NCBI GenBank assembly: GCA_040767805.1
Contig: JAXGNU010000002.1
Span: 64,001 to 128,000 of the forward strand
Source: Thermovirgaceae bacterium
GTDB lineage: Bacteria; Synergistota; Synergistia; Synergistales; Thermovirgaceae
Direction of reading: 5' to 3'
Length of the DNA: 64,000 nucleotides
Of this stretch, positions 1 to 9,491 are shown piece after piece. A program made the position numbers and the translations under genes. Below the pieces are notes generated by a model. That model made no database searches. It saw only the letters and a program-made list of their open reading frames with translations, and was not told the origin of the DNA. Position 1 is the stretch's first letter, and the number at the start of each line of letters is the position of its first letter.

Positions 1-218
1 CGGTCCAGGCCATGTGGGTCTGCGACGCTGACCTCCCGGAGAACCTTGTCTACAGGATCACCAAGGCCTTCTGGGAAAACATAGCCGATGTTCAGAAAGT
101 CCACGCCAAGGGTAAGCTGATCACCCTCGATACGGCCCTGGACGGCATCTCGGTGCCGATGCACCCCGGCGCAGCCAGGTACTATAACGAAATAGGCATG
201 AAGGTCCCCACGTTCTAG
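1..218 (+). CDS. TAXI-family TRAP transporter solute-binding subunit, 3' part (truncated by window start)
   Basis: C-terminal pattern 'LVYRITKAFWEN...VHAKGK.ITLDTALDG..VPMHPGA.RYY.E.G' is typical of TAXI receptors. Confidence 0.85.
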   Translation, partial: VQAMWVCDADLPENLVYRITKAFWENIADVQKVHAKGKLITLDTALDGISVPMHPGAARYYNEIGMKVPTF

Positions 219-263
219 GCTTCATTTTTGGGTGGGATACCTTCGGGCAACCCCTGGTAAACG

Positions 264-296
264 AAGGGCGGCACCCTTCCGGGTGCCGCCCTTTTC
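264..296. terminator. Bidirectional intrinsic terminator between the convergent TAXI and csp genes
   Basis: Perfect 13-bp stem AAGGGCGGCACCC-ttcc-GGGTGCCGCCCTT followed by T tract. Confidence 0.85.
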
Positions 297-316
297 ATAT
301 CAACGATTTTTCCGGT

Positions 317-520
317 TTAGATCTTCTGGACGTTCGCGGCCTGGGGACCCTTGGTCCCTTCGGTGATCTCGAAGGAAACCGCCTGGCCTTCCGCGAGGGA
401 CTTGAAGCCTTCACCCTGGATGGCGCTGAAATGCACGAAAACATCTTTACCGTCGTCGGTTGTGATGAATCCATACCCCTTAGCGTCGTTGAACCATTTT
501 ACCGTACCCTGTGTTGTCAA
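317..520 (-). CDS. Cold-shock protein (CSD)
   Basis: [15 protein letters not shown] and DVFVHFSAI (RNP1/RNP2); TTG start at 520 chosen from GGAGG RBS. Confidence 0.95.
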   Translation of the reverse strand: MTTQGTVKWFNDAKGYGFITTDDGKDVFVHFSAIQGEGFKSLAEGQAVSFEITEGTKGPQAANVQKI

Positions 521-583
521 AATCCTGCCTCCCATTTCTTCTGTTGCCAGAAAGTGTTTTCGGTGGCTTTGCCACCGTGGCGA

Positions 584-612
584 AGAATAGGGTATCCGAA
601 AGGATTTGTCAA
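584..612 (-). promoter_or_regulatory. Sigma70-type promoter of csp
   Basis: TTGACA-17 nt-TATTCT on the minus strand. Confidence 0.7.
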
Positions 613-805
613 GTCGGCCGGTGCTGCCTTGTGACCGGACAGGGACGAGGCTCCCTACTCTTGGTCTTCCTGGTCATGACTGACTAAGATGATCTCTAAA
701 CCAACGCACGTCGCTTGGAAAATACCCCTGCCAGGCAACCCTTGTGGACCGCGGGGACACCGGTCCTTTAAGCGGCGGGAGCACTCGTCACCAAGGGCGG
801 CAGGC

Positions 806-1429
806 TTACTGTTCCAACTCCACCAGCACCGTCGTCCTGGGTTTTATTCCCCAGCCGGGGGGAAAACCGGTGAACCAGCCGAACTTCTCGACGGGCCTCG
901 GGGAAGCTCCCGGGTAAACCACCAGGACAAAGCACCCGCCCTCGCTGTCGATAAGGTGGGCCACACCCAGGGGCGGGAGGCCGGGGGGATCTATCCTTCG
1001 GAACCAGGCTCCGAAAAAGTTCTCCCATTCCCCCATCCGGAAGGAATACCTTGGCTCGCCTGAAAGAACCTCGTCCTTGCCCTTCGGGGGAAGGCCTCTC
1101 CTCTCAGGCGTGTCATCCCATGGGTACCATTCGGGGGGGTTCACCGGCTGGATGACCCCGGGGGAGCCCAGGTCCAGGCTGTACCAGTTTCCGTAGACAT
1201 CGGCGAAGAACCTGGTGGCTCCTCCCTCGTCGGGAGCGACCGCCTCCCTGAGCCACCGCCCCTCGCCGTCAAAAAACCAGCTCCCCCAACGGGGCCCTTC
1301 TCCCGGGACTTCCCCGGGGGAAAGGGGTCGCTCGTACCATTCCTGGTCGCATAGGGCCCCTTGGGCGAACAGGATGAACAAAATCGAGAGGACCACGAAA
1401 AGGGAGGTCTTGCCTTTCATTAGGGGCAC
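806..1429 (-). CDS. Hypothetical exported protein (Trp/Pro/Gly-rich)
   Basis: AAGGAGG RBS, signal-peptide-like N-terminus; no recognisable domain. Confidence 0.6.
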   Translation of the reverse strand: MPLMKGKTSLFVVLSILFILFAQGALCDQEWYERPLSPGEVPGEGPRWGSWFFDGEGRWLREAVAPDEGGATRFFADVYGNWYSLDLGSPGVIQPVNPPEWYPWDDTPERRGLPPKGKDEVLSGEPRYSFRMGEWENFFGAWFRRIDPPGLPPLGVAHLIDSEGGCFVLVVYPGASPRPVEKFGWFTGFPPGWGIKPRTTVLVELEQ

Positions 1430-1511
1430 ACCTCCTTGCCGGAGTTATGAAATGACCCTCGCGGACGCCCGTATCATACCAGAGGAGAAGCGGGATCAGG
1501 CGGCCGCACCT

Positions 1512-2930
1512 TCAGGCATCGACGATCTTGCCCGGGTTGAGGATGAGGTTGGGGTCGAAGGTTCTCTTTATACCCCGTATCAACTCTACCTGGGTCTCGT
1601 CCAGGAACATCCCGAGGTAGTCCTTCCGCTTAAGTCCCACACCGTGCTCTCCTGAAAGGGTGCCGCCGAGTTCCCTGGTCGATCGGTATAGATCCCTCCT
1701 GGCCTCTTCGATCCGCTCATGCCAGTCTTCGCTCTCTTCGCCCGCCAGGAGGTTGACATGGATGTTCCCGTCGCCGACGTGGCCGAAGTTGACGGCCTCG
1801 AGCCGGTATTTCCGACAAGCCTCATCGACCCTTTTAAGGAGGGAGGGTATGTTGCCCGTGGGGACCACTAGGTCTTCCTTCGCGTATTTTGTGTAAAAGA
1901 CGATGATCGCCTCGGCGATATTCTTTCGGGTTTTCCACAGGAGGTCGTGGAAATTACGGTTGTCCGCCACGAATACTTCCAAGGCCCCGTTCTCCAAGCA
2001 AAAGTCGCCGACGTCCTCGTACTGGTCCGACAGGGTGTCCATATCGTTGCCCTCTATCTGGATGATCAGGTGGGCCCTGGCCTCCTGGAAGGGGAGCGTG
2101 CTCCCAGTGTACCTGGAAACGATACGGAGGGAGTTCCTGTCCATGAACTCGAGGGACGAGGGGGTTATTTTGAGTTCCCTCATGACCCGTGGGACCAGGG
2201 TTATAGCCTCTTCGACGGTCGGGAAGGGGACGAGGAGGTCGACCACTTTTTCGTGCCGGGGGACGAGTTTGAGCACCACCTTGGTTATAACGCCAAGGAT
2301 GCCCTCCGAACCGACCATGAGGTGGACCAGGTCCAGGCCGGTGACATCCTTACGCCTCTTACCGCCGAACCAGGTCACCTTCCCTGAAGGCAGGACCACT
2401 TCGAGGGCCAGCACGTTGGCTCCCGTCGTACCGTACTTTATTACCTTGTTACCCCCCGCGTTCTCCGCGACGTTCCCCCCGATGAAGGAGGCGTCGCCGC
2501 TGCAGGGGTCCCCGGCATACTCAAGGCCGTGCCTGGCCGCGGCCGCCTGGATCTCGGCGGTCACCACGCCGGGCTCGGCGGTGAGGGTAAGGTTTTCCAG
2601 GTCAACTTCCAGGATGTGGTTCATCCTGTCGAAGGCCATGACGATGCCCCCGAAGGCCGGGACCGCCCCACCCGAGAGGCCTGTCCCGGCGCCGCGGGGC
2701 GTAACGGGTATCCTCCGGGAATCGGCATAGGCCAGGACCGCCGAGACATGGTCCGTGCTCTCCGGGAGGACCAGCACCTCGGCGCGGTATTCCCTGTCCC
2801 AGAACTGCAGGGCGACCTCATCACGGGAATAGGACGCGAGCTTCTCCGGTTCCAGGGCCACGTTGTGATGCCCTACCAGCCTTTTTAGGTCCCTTACGAC
2901 TTCTTCCGTGACAACCGTGTAAAGGGTCAT
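1512..2930 (-). CDS. FAD-linked 2-hydroxyacid dehydrogenase (GlcD/LctD family)
   Basis: PRGAGTGLSGGA, GGNVAENAGG, GSEGILG, GHVGDGNIH, GEHGVG and LNPGK motifs; ATG at 2930 overlaps the etfA stop (ATGA). Confidence 0.9.
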   Translation of the reverse strand: MTLYTVVTEEVVRDLKRLVGHHNVALEPEKLASYSRDEVALQFWDREYRAEVLVLPESTDHVSAVLAYADSRRIPVTPRGAGTGLSGGAVPAFGGIVMAFDRMNHILEVDLENLTLTAEPGVVTAEIQAAAARHGLEYAGDPCSGDASFIGGNVAENAGGNKVIKYGTTGANVLALEVVLPSGKVTWFGGKRRKDVTGLDLVHLMVGSEGILGVITKVVLKLVPRHEKVVDLLVPFPTVEEAITLVPRVMRELKITPSSLEFMDRNSLRIVSRYTGSTLPFQEARAHLIIQIEGNDMDTLSDQYEDVGDFCLENGALEVFVADNRNFHDLLWKTRKNIAEAIIVFYTKYAKEDLVVPTGNIPSLLKRVDEACRKYRLEAVNFGHVGDGNIHVNLLAGEESEDWHERIEEARRDLYRSTRELGGTLSGEHGVGLKRKDYLGMFLDETQVELIRGIKRTFDPNLILNPGKIVDA

Positions 2931-3943
2931 CCCGAGGCTCCCTTCCTGTTCCTGAGACCTTCTATCAAGCGGGGCACGATATCGAAAAGATCGCCGCAGA
3001 GACCGATATCGGCCGCACGGAAGATAGGGGCTTCTGGGTCCTTGTTTATGGCCACCACGAGTCCCGCGGTCTGCATACCGGCTAGGTGTTGGACCGATCC
3101 CGATATGCCCACGGCGAAGTAGGCTTTCGGGGCGACTACCTTCCCGCTGAGGCCGACCTGGTGGGAGTAGGCTATCCACTTGTTGTCCACCGCCGCCCGG
3201 CTTGCCCCCACGCCCCCATCGAGTAGTTCGGCCAGTTCCCTGAGAAGCCTGAAATTCTCCTCCCTCTTCATGCCCTTGCCGCCGGAGATGATCACATCCC
3301 GGTCCTGGATGTTGACATCGTCCCCGGGGGAGGCCTCATGCTCAAGGGGTTTGACCCTGCTTTCGAAACAGCGGTCCGGGAGGGCCATCTCCACGACACG
3401 GCCCTCCCTGCCAGGGTCCGGTTCGGGGATGGCGAAGGTCCTCGGCCGGACGGTCGCCATCTGGGGTCGTTTGTCCGGGGTGGTGATAGTGGCCATGATA
3501 TTGCCGCCTATGGCGGGACGTGTTTGTAGGAGCAGTCCCGAGTCGGTTTCAATCTCCAGCCCAGTGCAGTCGGCGGTCAATCCCGTCCCAACCATGGCGG
3601 CGACGGCGGGCATGACGGTCCTGCCTGAGGTAGTGGCCGGGGCCAGCACAATCCCGGGACCGGTCCTGTCGATGACGAAAGATAGAATCGTGGACTGGAC
3701 CTCCTGGTCGAAAAGGCGGAGACGCTCGTCCCGGACGCATATCACCCGGTCCGCGCCGTAATGAACGATCGTCGGGGGATCCCTATCGATCCGGTCATAC
3801 ATCAACAGCGTTGATACTTCGCCTCCCAGTGCATCGGCGAGGGACCTCGCTTTTGACGTGAGTTCCAGCGTCGCCCTGTGGAGCCGCCCCGACCTGACCT
3901 CACCGAGAACGAGGATGTCCCCCAATGCCGAAGGGTTTCTCAT
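2927..3943 (-). CDS. etfA: Electron transfer flavoprotein alpha subunit
   Basis: GLTADCT, QTRPA.GGN, QVGLSG, GISG.VQH.AG and AINKD motifs. Confidence 0.95.
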   Translation of the reverse strand: MRNPSALGDILVLGEVRSGRLHRATLELTSKARSLADALGGEVSTLLMYDRIDRDPPTIVHYGADRVICVRDERLRLFDQEVQSTILSFVIDRTGPGIVLAPATTSGRTVMPAVAAMVGTGLTADCTGLEIETDSGLLLQTRPAIGGNIMATITTPDKRPQMATVRPRTFAIPEPDPGREGRVVEMALPDRCFESRVKPLEHEASPGDDVNIQDRDVIISGGKGMKREENFRLLRELAELLDGGVGASRAAVDNKWIAYSHQVGLSGKVVAPKAYFAVGISGSVQHLAGMQTAGLVVAINKDPEAPIFRAADIGLCGDLFDIVPRLIEGLRNRKGASG

Positions 3944-4746
3944 GACGACCCCCGCTCATCGATGAGGCCGCGGTCTTCGAGTTCATCAAACAATGCCGCT
4001 ATCCCCTCGTCGATATCTCCAGCCTTGAAGATCCTCGGGCTCCTGGCGATGGAAGGACGAAAGGTCCTCCTCACCCTCGTGGGAGACCCTGCCAGCCCGG
4101 CTTCGTTGGGTGAAAGCCCAAGGGAACCCATGCCCTGAACGGTGAGGGCGGCCCTGCGGGCCGCTTTTTTCCCCGAAAGGGTGGGCAAAGCCGGTTCATT
4201 GATGTCGCGGAGGACCGTAAGAAGGCAGGGGAGGGGGAGCTTCTGCCTTTCGATCCCATCCTCCACGGTTCGTGAGACCTTCACGGAGCCGCACCCATCG
4301 AATTCGACACGGCTGACATAGGTGCTGAAAGGGAAGCCCAGCATCACCGCCACTTCGGGCCCCACCTGCCCCGTCTCACCATCGGTCGCCTTCTCACCGG
4401 CAAGGATGAGGTCATAGGGCCCGGTTTTTTCACAGGCCGAGGCCAACGTCCGGGCCGTGGCCCAGGTGTCCGACGCAGCGAAGCGGGGATCGCTCAGGAA
4501 GACCACATCGTCGGCACCGAGGGCAAGAGCCTCCCGGAGCGCGGCTTCTGCCTGGGGCGGTCCCATCGACAGGGCGACCACTTCGCCACCCTGGTAAGAA
4601 CGGATGGTCAAAGCCTCCTGGAGGGCGTGGAGGTCCAGGGGGTTGATCATGGCCCCCGCTCCCTCCCGGATCATCGTCCCCGTGACCTCATCCATACGGA
4701 CATCGTCGGAATCGGGGACCTGTTTAATGAGTACTGCGATCCGCAC
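3940..4746 (-). CDS. etfB: Electron transfer flavoprotein beta subunit
   Basis: IKQVPD, INPLD..ALQEA, SMGPP and DGETGQVGP motifs. Confidence 0.95.
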   Translation of the reverse strand: MRIAVLIKQVPDSDDVRMDEVTGTMIREGAGAMINPLDLHALQEALTIRSYQGGEVVALSMGPPQAEAALREALALGADDVVFLSDPRFAASDTWATARTLASACEKTGPYDLILAGEKATDGETGQVGPEVAVMLGFPFSTYVSRVEFDGCGSVKVSRTVEDGIERQKLPLPCLLTVLRDINEPALPTLSGKKAARRAALTVQGMGSLGLSPNEAGLAGSPTRVRRTFRPSIARSPRIFKAGDIDEGIAALFDELEDRGLIDERGSS

Positions 4747-4770
4747 TGGTTCACATCCTTTAAAATTTTT

Positions 4771-5682
4771 GGTGATTGCACCCTATTTGGCACTGGTATT
4801 AGGATGGTGCCATGGACCTCAAAGCCTATGAACACTTGATCCGTACCGAGTCTGCAGCCAGGAAATTCATGTTGGGATTTTGCTGGAAAAACCAACAAAG
4901 ATTTTGTCCTAAATGCAGACAAAGAAAACTTTACAGGCTTACTGACGGTAGACGTCGATGTTCCCGTTGCGGTTATACCTTCCATGACTTCTCCGGAAGG
5001 TGGATAAATCTGGTTGACCTTGACTGCGGACAGTGGCTTCGGCTTATAAAGCTCTTCGAACTGGAGCTTTCATCCCGGAAGATCACCCAACACAACTGTC
5101 CGTTTCATACAAGGTCGCCCACAGGGCCGTGATGGTTCTTAGAGGGGCCATTCTGGCCCATGCACCCGATGCCCAAAAGCTCCTTGGCGGCGAGGTGGAA
5201 ATAGATGAATCCTGTTTCGGCGGCAAACGTAAAGGCAAACGCGGCCGTGGCGCCTCCGGCAAGGTCCCGGTCTTCGGCATTCTTGAAAGGGACGGACTTG
5301 TTCATGTGGAGGCCGTCCCGAACGTAAGGGCCGAAACGCTCCTGGACATGACCGTCAGGAAGGTGCGCCGCGGAAGCATAGTCTACACGGACAAGTTCAA
5401 GGTCTAAGATTCCCTTATGTTCTGCGGATACAGGCACCTCAAGGTGGATCACGGCAAAAGGGTCTATGCCAGCGGCAAAGTCTGCATCAACGGCCTTGAA
5501 GGATTCTGGAGCTTTGCCAAGGAGCGCCTTATCAAGCACCATGGTGTTTTAAGGTCCTGGTTCCCTTATTACCTGAAAGAACTCGAGTTCCGGTACAATA
5601 ACCGACGAAACGAAATATTCAATGTTCTCTGTCAGTATATATGTGACTTTATACCTCTTGTGCCAGATAGGGAGTAATCACC
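4771..5682 (+). mobile_element. IS1595-family insertion sequence (912 bp)
   Basis: 23-bp terminal inverted repeats with 20/23 match (GGTGATTGCACCCTATTTGGCAC at 4771-4793; GTGCCAGATAGGGAGTAATCACC at 5660-5682); flanking 8-mers AAATTTTT/TAATTTTT (7/8) fit a target duplication; lower GC than the flanks. Confidence 0.9.
4812..5677 (+). pseudogene. IS1595 transposase pseudogene
   Basis: Zn ribbon CPKC...CSRC, EIDES, VYTD, INGLEGFWS and YLKELEFRYN motifs; frameshift near 5088-5095 and in-frame TAA at 5405-5407. Confidence 0.9.
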
Positions 5683-5704
5683 TAATTTTTAGGTCCCTTA
5701 AATG

Positions 5705-5736
5705 AAAAGCCGGCTCCTCACCCCGGAGGAGCCGGT
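5705..5736 (-). terminator. Intrinsic terminator downstream of tRNA-Arg
   Basis: Minus strand ACCGGCTCCTC-loop-GAGGAGCCGGC-TTTT. Confidence 0.75.
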
Positions 5737-5755
5737 TGCGGCGATTGAAGGGAAA

Positions 5756-5832
5756 TGGCGTGCCCGTCGGGATTTGAACCCGAGACCTTCGGCTCCGGAG
5801 GCCGACGCTCTATCCAGCTGAGCTACGGACAC
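5756..5832 (-). tRNA. tRNA-Arg(CCG)
   Basis: Cloverleaf with acceptor GTGTCCG/CGGGCAC, anticodon arm TCGGC-CT-CCG-GA-GCCGA, GGTTCAAATCC T-arm and encoded CCA. Confidence 0.97.
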
Positions 5833-5921
5833 GCATCCGCGGCGCCTAGGTTAACGCCCCCGGCGTTGGGTTGTCAAGGGGACCTTGACCACCGGCGCCC
5901 CATCGCCCACCATCCCGCCCC

Positions 5922-8273
5922 TCATCTCCTGAAGGACACTATCGTCACCCCGTAGCCCCCCTCCCCGGCGTGGCCAAGCCGGAAATCGCCGACGTAGGGC
6001 AGGCTGCGGCAGAGGGAGTGGACCGCCCTCCTTAGTATCCCTTCTCCCCGCCCGTGGATAATGACCACTTCACCGTACCCGGCACGGAAGGCCCTGTCAA
6101 GATAAACCTCCACCTCGGGCAGGGCTTCATCCACGGTCATCCCCCTAAGCATTATCGAAGGGGGGACCCCCCTCGGGGCCGGGACATGGGAGACCGGGGC
6201 CGGCCCCGCCGCCTGGGGCGGAGCTTTTTCCTTTTCCCTGGCGAGGTCCTTCAGCTGGACCTCTATCGTCATGGAACCCGCCACCACCGTCGCCTTGTCC
6301 CCCTTTACCGACTCGACGACCCCCCTGACCTCGGTCCCGGCGAGCCTGACGACGTCGCCGGCCCGGGGTACGCCCTCCCTTTCCATCCTTTTCCTCGAAC
6401 GGGATCCCTCCCTGTCGATCAACCCATCCTTTAAGGGCTGCATCTCTTTCCTTGCCTTTCCATATTCCCTGCGGGCCGATGATTCGGCCGCCCCCCGCAG
6501 GCGGTTTAGCATTTCCAGGGCCGCCTTTTCCGCTTCGTCCACGACGGCGCTGGCCTTTTTGTCGGCGGCCTCCAGGATTCTCTCCTGCTTTTCGTCCAGG
6601 CCCCGGATCTTCTCCTCGAGTTCGCGCCTGAGGGAGGCGAGTTCCTTCCTCTCTTCGGCCATGGCCTCCCCCGCGGCTTCCAGTTCGACCTGTTTGTCGA
6701 AGAGTTCGGCCATGACCTTCTCGCCGGTGCGGGCCTCTTCGGATAGGTGCTCCCTGGCCGAGTCGATAATATTCTTCGGCATCCCCAGCCTATCGGCAAT
6801 GAAAAGAGCGTTGCTCTTTCCCGGGAGCCCCATGATCAGCCTGAACGTCGGCGCCAGGGTGGCCGGGTCGAACTCCATGCCGGCCGCCTCGACCCCCCTG
6901 CTCCCCAGGGCGTAGCGCTTTATGGGGTTATGATGGGTCGTCGCGAGGGCCAGGGAACCCCTTTCCCTCAAGGCTTCCAGGATGGCGATCCCCAGGGCGG
7001 CCCCCTCCTGGGGGTCCGTTCCGGCCCCGAGTTCATCCAGCAGGAGCAGGCTGTCCTTGCCGGCCTTTTCCATCATGGCTATGATCCTTCGAATATGGGA
7101 ACTGAAGGTGGAGAGGCTCTGCTCGATGCCCTGCTCATCGCCGATGTCGGCTGCCATGAAGTCGATCCAGCCCACCTGGGTCCCCTCGGCCGCGGGGACG
7201 GGGAGGCCCGATAGGGCCAGGAAGAGGCCGATCGCCACCGACTTCAATACCACCGTCTTCCCGCCAGTGTTGGGGCCTGTAATGATGAGCTGGCGGAATC
7301 TCTCCCCACAGTGGATGCTCACCGGCACGCACTCTTTGCCGATCAGGGGGTTCCAGAGGTCCTTGAAGTGGAAGCGGGATCGGTCATCCAGTTCGGGCAG
7401 GGTCCAAGGAGGTTCGACCAAAAAGCGGTCGCAGGCATAAAGGACGTCGATCCGGGCCACGGCGGACTCGGTCTCGAGGATGGGGAGTCTCTTCGCAAGG
7501 AGCATCGCGGTGAGGGCGGAGAGTATCCTCCTCTCTTCCTCGCTTTCTTCGCGCCGGAGGACCTGGATCCTGTTGTTCAGGGGTACGAGTTCCTTCGGCT
7601 CCAGGTAAACGCCCTTGCCGGAAGAGGACCTGTCCAGGACTATCCCGTCAAACCGCCCGGAATCCTCCGCCCTGACCAGGAGGGCGAAGCGCCCGTTCCT
7701 GAAGTGTACGACCCTGTCCTGGAGCATCGGGGCCAGGCTGGGCTCCACCGAGAGCGCCGCGCACCGGGAACGGGCCCTGGACGTGAGGTCCCTGAGGGAC
7801 AGCCTTAACTCGGCCAGTTTCTCCGACGCGCCGTCGTAGAGCTCCCCGTCATCGGACAGGACCTGGAGTTTTTCGAGTTCCTCGTCGAGGTCCCTGATCC
7901 CCTCGGCGAGCCTTTCGACACCGGCTATATCATTACGTGCATCCCGGAGGCTCTCCTTGATCCTCTTTGACAGCCCTATCAGGATTCGGAAGGGGAGCAG
8001 CTCCACCCCTGAAAGGAGCGCCGTCTCCACGGCGTTCTCAAGAAGGGGCCCCAGGGGCTTTACCCTTTCATCCCAGGGCAGTTCGCCCCTCGTTTCGACG
8101 TAACGGGCGTAGCTCTTCAAGAGTTCCTGCCGCTGCCGGGCGGCTTTGATCGACGGGGCCGGCAGCATACCCCGGAGCATGGACCCGCCGGTCTCCGACC
8201 TTGTCCTTCTGGACATCCTTTCCAGGACGGTGGTAATCTCTGCCAATTCAGCGGTTCTTTGTTCGACCTTCAA
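5922..8273 (-). CDS. mutS2: MutS2 (endonuclease / ribosome collision sensor)
   Basis: [11 protein letters not shown]alker [29 protein letters not shown]-terminal Smr IIHG.G.GILR; TTG start overlaps the cvpA stop. Confidence 0.95.
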   Translation of the reverse strand: MKVEQRTAELAEITTVLERMSRRTRSETGGSMLRGMLPAPSIKAARQRQELLKSYARYVETRGELPWDERVKPLGPLLENAVETALLSGVELLPFRILIGLSKRIKESLRDARNDIAGVERLAEGIRDLDEELEKLQVLSDDGELYDGASEKLAELRLSLRDLTSRARSRCAALSVEPSLAPMLQDRVVHFRNGRFALLVRAEDSGRFDGIVLDRSSSGKGVYLEPKELVPLNNRIQVLRREESEEERRILSALTAMLLAKRLPILETESAVARIDVLYACDRFLVEPPWTLPELDDRSRFHFKDLWNPLIGKECVPVSIHCGERFRQLIITGPNTGGKTVVLKSVAIGLFLALSGLPVPAAEGTQVGWIDFMAADIGDEQGIEQSLSTFSSHIRRIIAMMEKAGKDSLLLLDELGAGTDPQEGAALGIAILEALRERGSLALATTHHNPIKRYALGSRGVEAAGMEFDPATLAPTFRLIMGLPGKSNALFIADRLGMPKNIIDSAREHLSEEARTGEKVMAELFDKQVELEAAGEAMAEERKELASLRRELEEKIRGLDEKQERILEAADKKASAVVDEAEKAALEMLNRLRGAAESSARREYGKARKEMQPLKDGLIDREGSRSRKRMEREGVPRAGDVVRLAGTEVRGVVESVKGDKATVVAGSMTIEVQLKDLAREKEKAPPQAAGPAPVSHVPAPRGVPPSIMLRGMTVDEALPEVEVYLDRAFRAGYGEVVIIHGRGEGILRRAVHSLCRSLPYVGDFRLGHAGEGGYGVTIVSFRR

Positions 8274-8836
8274 ATTACGGGCTCCGCTATTCCAGCGCCA
8301 TCCCCCGGCTCGTGGGGGCCTGGCTCCCACGGGAGCGATGCGGGATCGAGGAGCCGGATGGAGGAAAGGGTCCTTTCGATGGTCGGCCACGACTTTTCGG
8401 CCATCTTCATGGCCACGCTTTCGTTCATCCAGTAGGGCGAGAGGACGGGGGAAAGGGCCATGAGGGCCACGTAGACTATCAAAAGCAACGCAAAGGCTTT
8501 GACGGCCCCTGCGACGATCCCCATTCCCCTGTCGATGCCCGAGAGATGGGTGAACCTGAGGAAGCTCTTGACCATTCTGCCGACGTAGACCCCCGCTATA
8601 AGAAAAAGGACGTAGAAAACCACGAGTACAACAGCCCGAGTCGCCCCGGGGCGCAGGGGTAAAAAGGGAGAAATGAAGGACGAGGCGATGGCCGACGCTT
8701 TCCAGGCCAGCAGGAAACCCCCAATGGTCGCGAGGAGCGAAATGACCTCCCCGGAAAAACCCTTTGCCGCGCCCCTAACGCAGAAGGTCACCAGGAGAAG
8801 AGCGAAGAGAATGTCCGTTCCCAGGGCCAGGGTCAA
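8270..8836 (-). CDS. CvpA (colicin V production) family membrane protein
   Basis: RG..KGF..E and DR..G...GA motifs, hydrophobic helices, zapA-cvpA-mutS2 context. Confidence 0.8.
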   Translation of the reverse strand: MTLALGTDILFALLLVTFCVRGAAKGFSGEVISLLATIGGFLLAWKASAIASSFISPFLPLRPGATRAVVLVVFYVLFLIAGVYVGRMVKSFLRFTHLSGIDRGMGIVAGAVKAFALLLIVYVALMALSPVLSPYWMNESVAMKMAEKSWPTIERTLSSIRLLDPASLPWEPGPHEPGDGAGIAEPVI

Positions 8837-9075
8837 GGAGATCCACTCCCCCCCAACAGCTCCTTCATCCTGATCTCGGCAGACTCGATGGAATAGGCGA
8901 GCTTGAAGCAGGCCAGCAAGAGCCTCTCATCCTGTTCCATCGACTGATCCAGCCCGACGACGCTCTCCTTGGCGATCTGCAGGACCCTCTCGAACCTGCC
9001 CTCGTCAAGGCGGGTCAGCAGGGGGTAACTTTTCTTGCCCAGCGTGACAAGGACTCTGCGTGGATCCTCTCGCAA
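8833..9075 (-). CDS. ZapA-like cell division protein
   Basis: 'VLVTLGKKSYPL' beta-hairpin followed by helices; position between pheT and cvpA. Confidence 0.55.
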   Translation of the reverse strand: MREDPRRVLVTLGKKSYPLLTRLDEGRFERVLQIAKESVVGLDQSMEQDERLLLACFKLAYSIESAEIRMKELLGGSGSP

Positions 9076-9095
9076 CTGGGGCCCTCCTCTCTGGA

Positions 9096-9476
9096 TCAGA
9101 AACGATCCGCAAGGTCACCCTGGTGGGGGTCTTTATCGAACTTGAACAGTTCCCCCGCGGGTGCCTCCGGCGGAGCCTCTTCACTCTCGAGAGGGCCAGG
9201 CTCATCTTCCGCCTCCGAGAGGTCCTGGTCTGCAGGAGGATCCTGTTCCGCCGCAGGCTCCCAAGAGGCCCTCAACTTCTCCAGGAGGGCGGCGAGCCTT
9301 TTCTCGGTGACCTCCCTTTCCTGACTGAGCGTGTCCATCTCCTTTTCTTTCCCTTCGAGGATGCCCCTGAGGGTTTCCAATTCTTCGCCCATCCGGTCCT
9401 TTTCGGCCTTCAGTTCGGACATAGCTGCCGATACCTTGTCGATGAGGCTCTCTAAACTGTCGATCTGGTCAAGCAT
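9096..9476 (-). CDS. Coiled-coil protein with acidic tail (ZapB-like position)
   Basis: Heptad coiled-coil N-terminus; GGAGG RBS; located between pheT and the zapA-like gene. Confidence 0.6.
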   Translation of the reverse strand: MLDQIDSLESLIDKVSAAMSELKAEKDRMGEELETLRGILEGKEKEMDTLSQEREVTEKRLAALLEKLRASWEPAAEQDPPADQDLSEAEDEPGPLESEEAPPEAPAGELFKFDKDPHQGDLADRF

Positions 9477-9491
9477 TTTGTCCCCTCCCCC

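Noticed and set aside
5085..5100. Programmed frameshift in the IS1595 transposase
   Set aside because: No slippery A-run motif; it looks like a CA duplication, and a separate TAA also interrupts the gene.
2882..5700. 15-bp direct repeat TTTTTAGGTCCCTTA at 2882 and 5686
   Set aside because: One copy is inside an intact CDS, and a single 15-mer match is about what chance gives in 64 kb.
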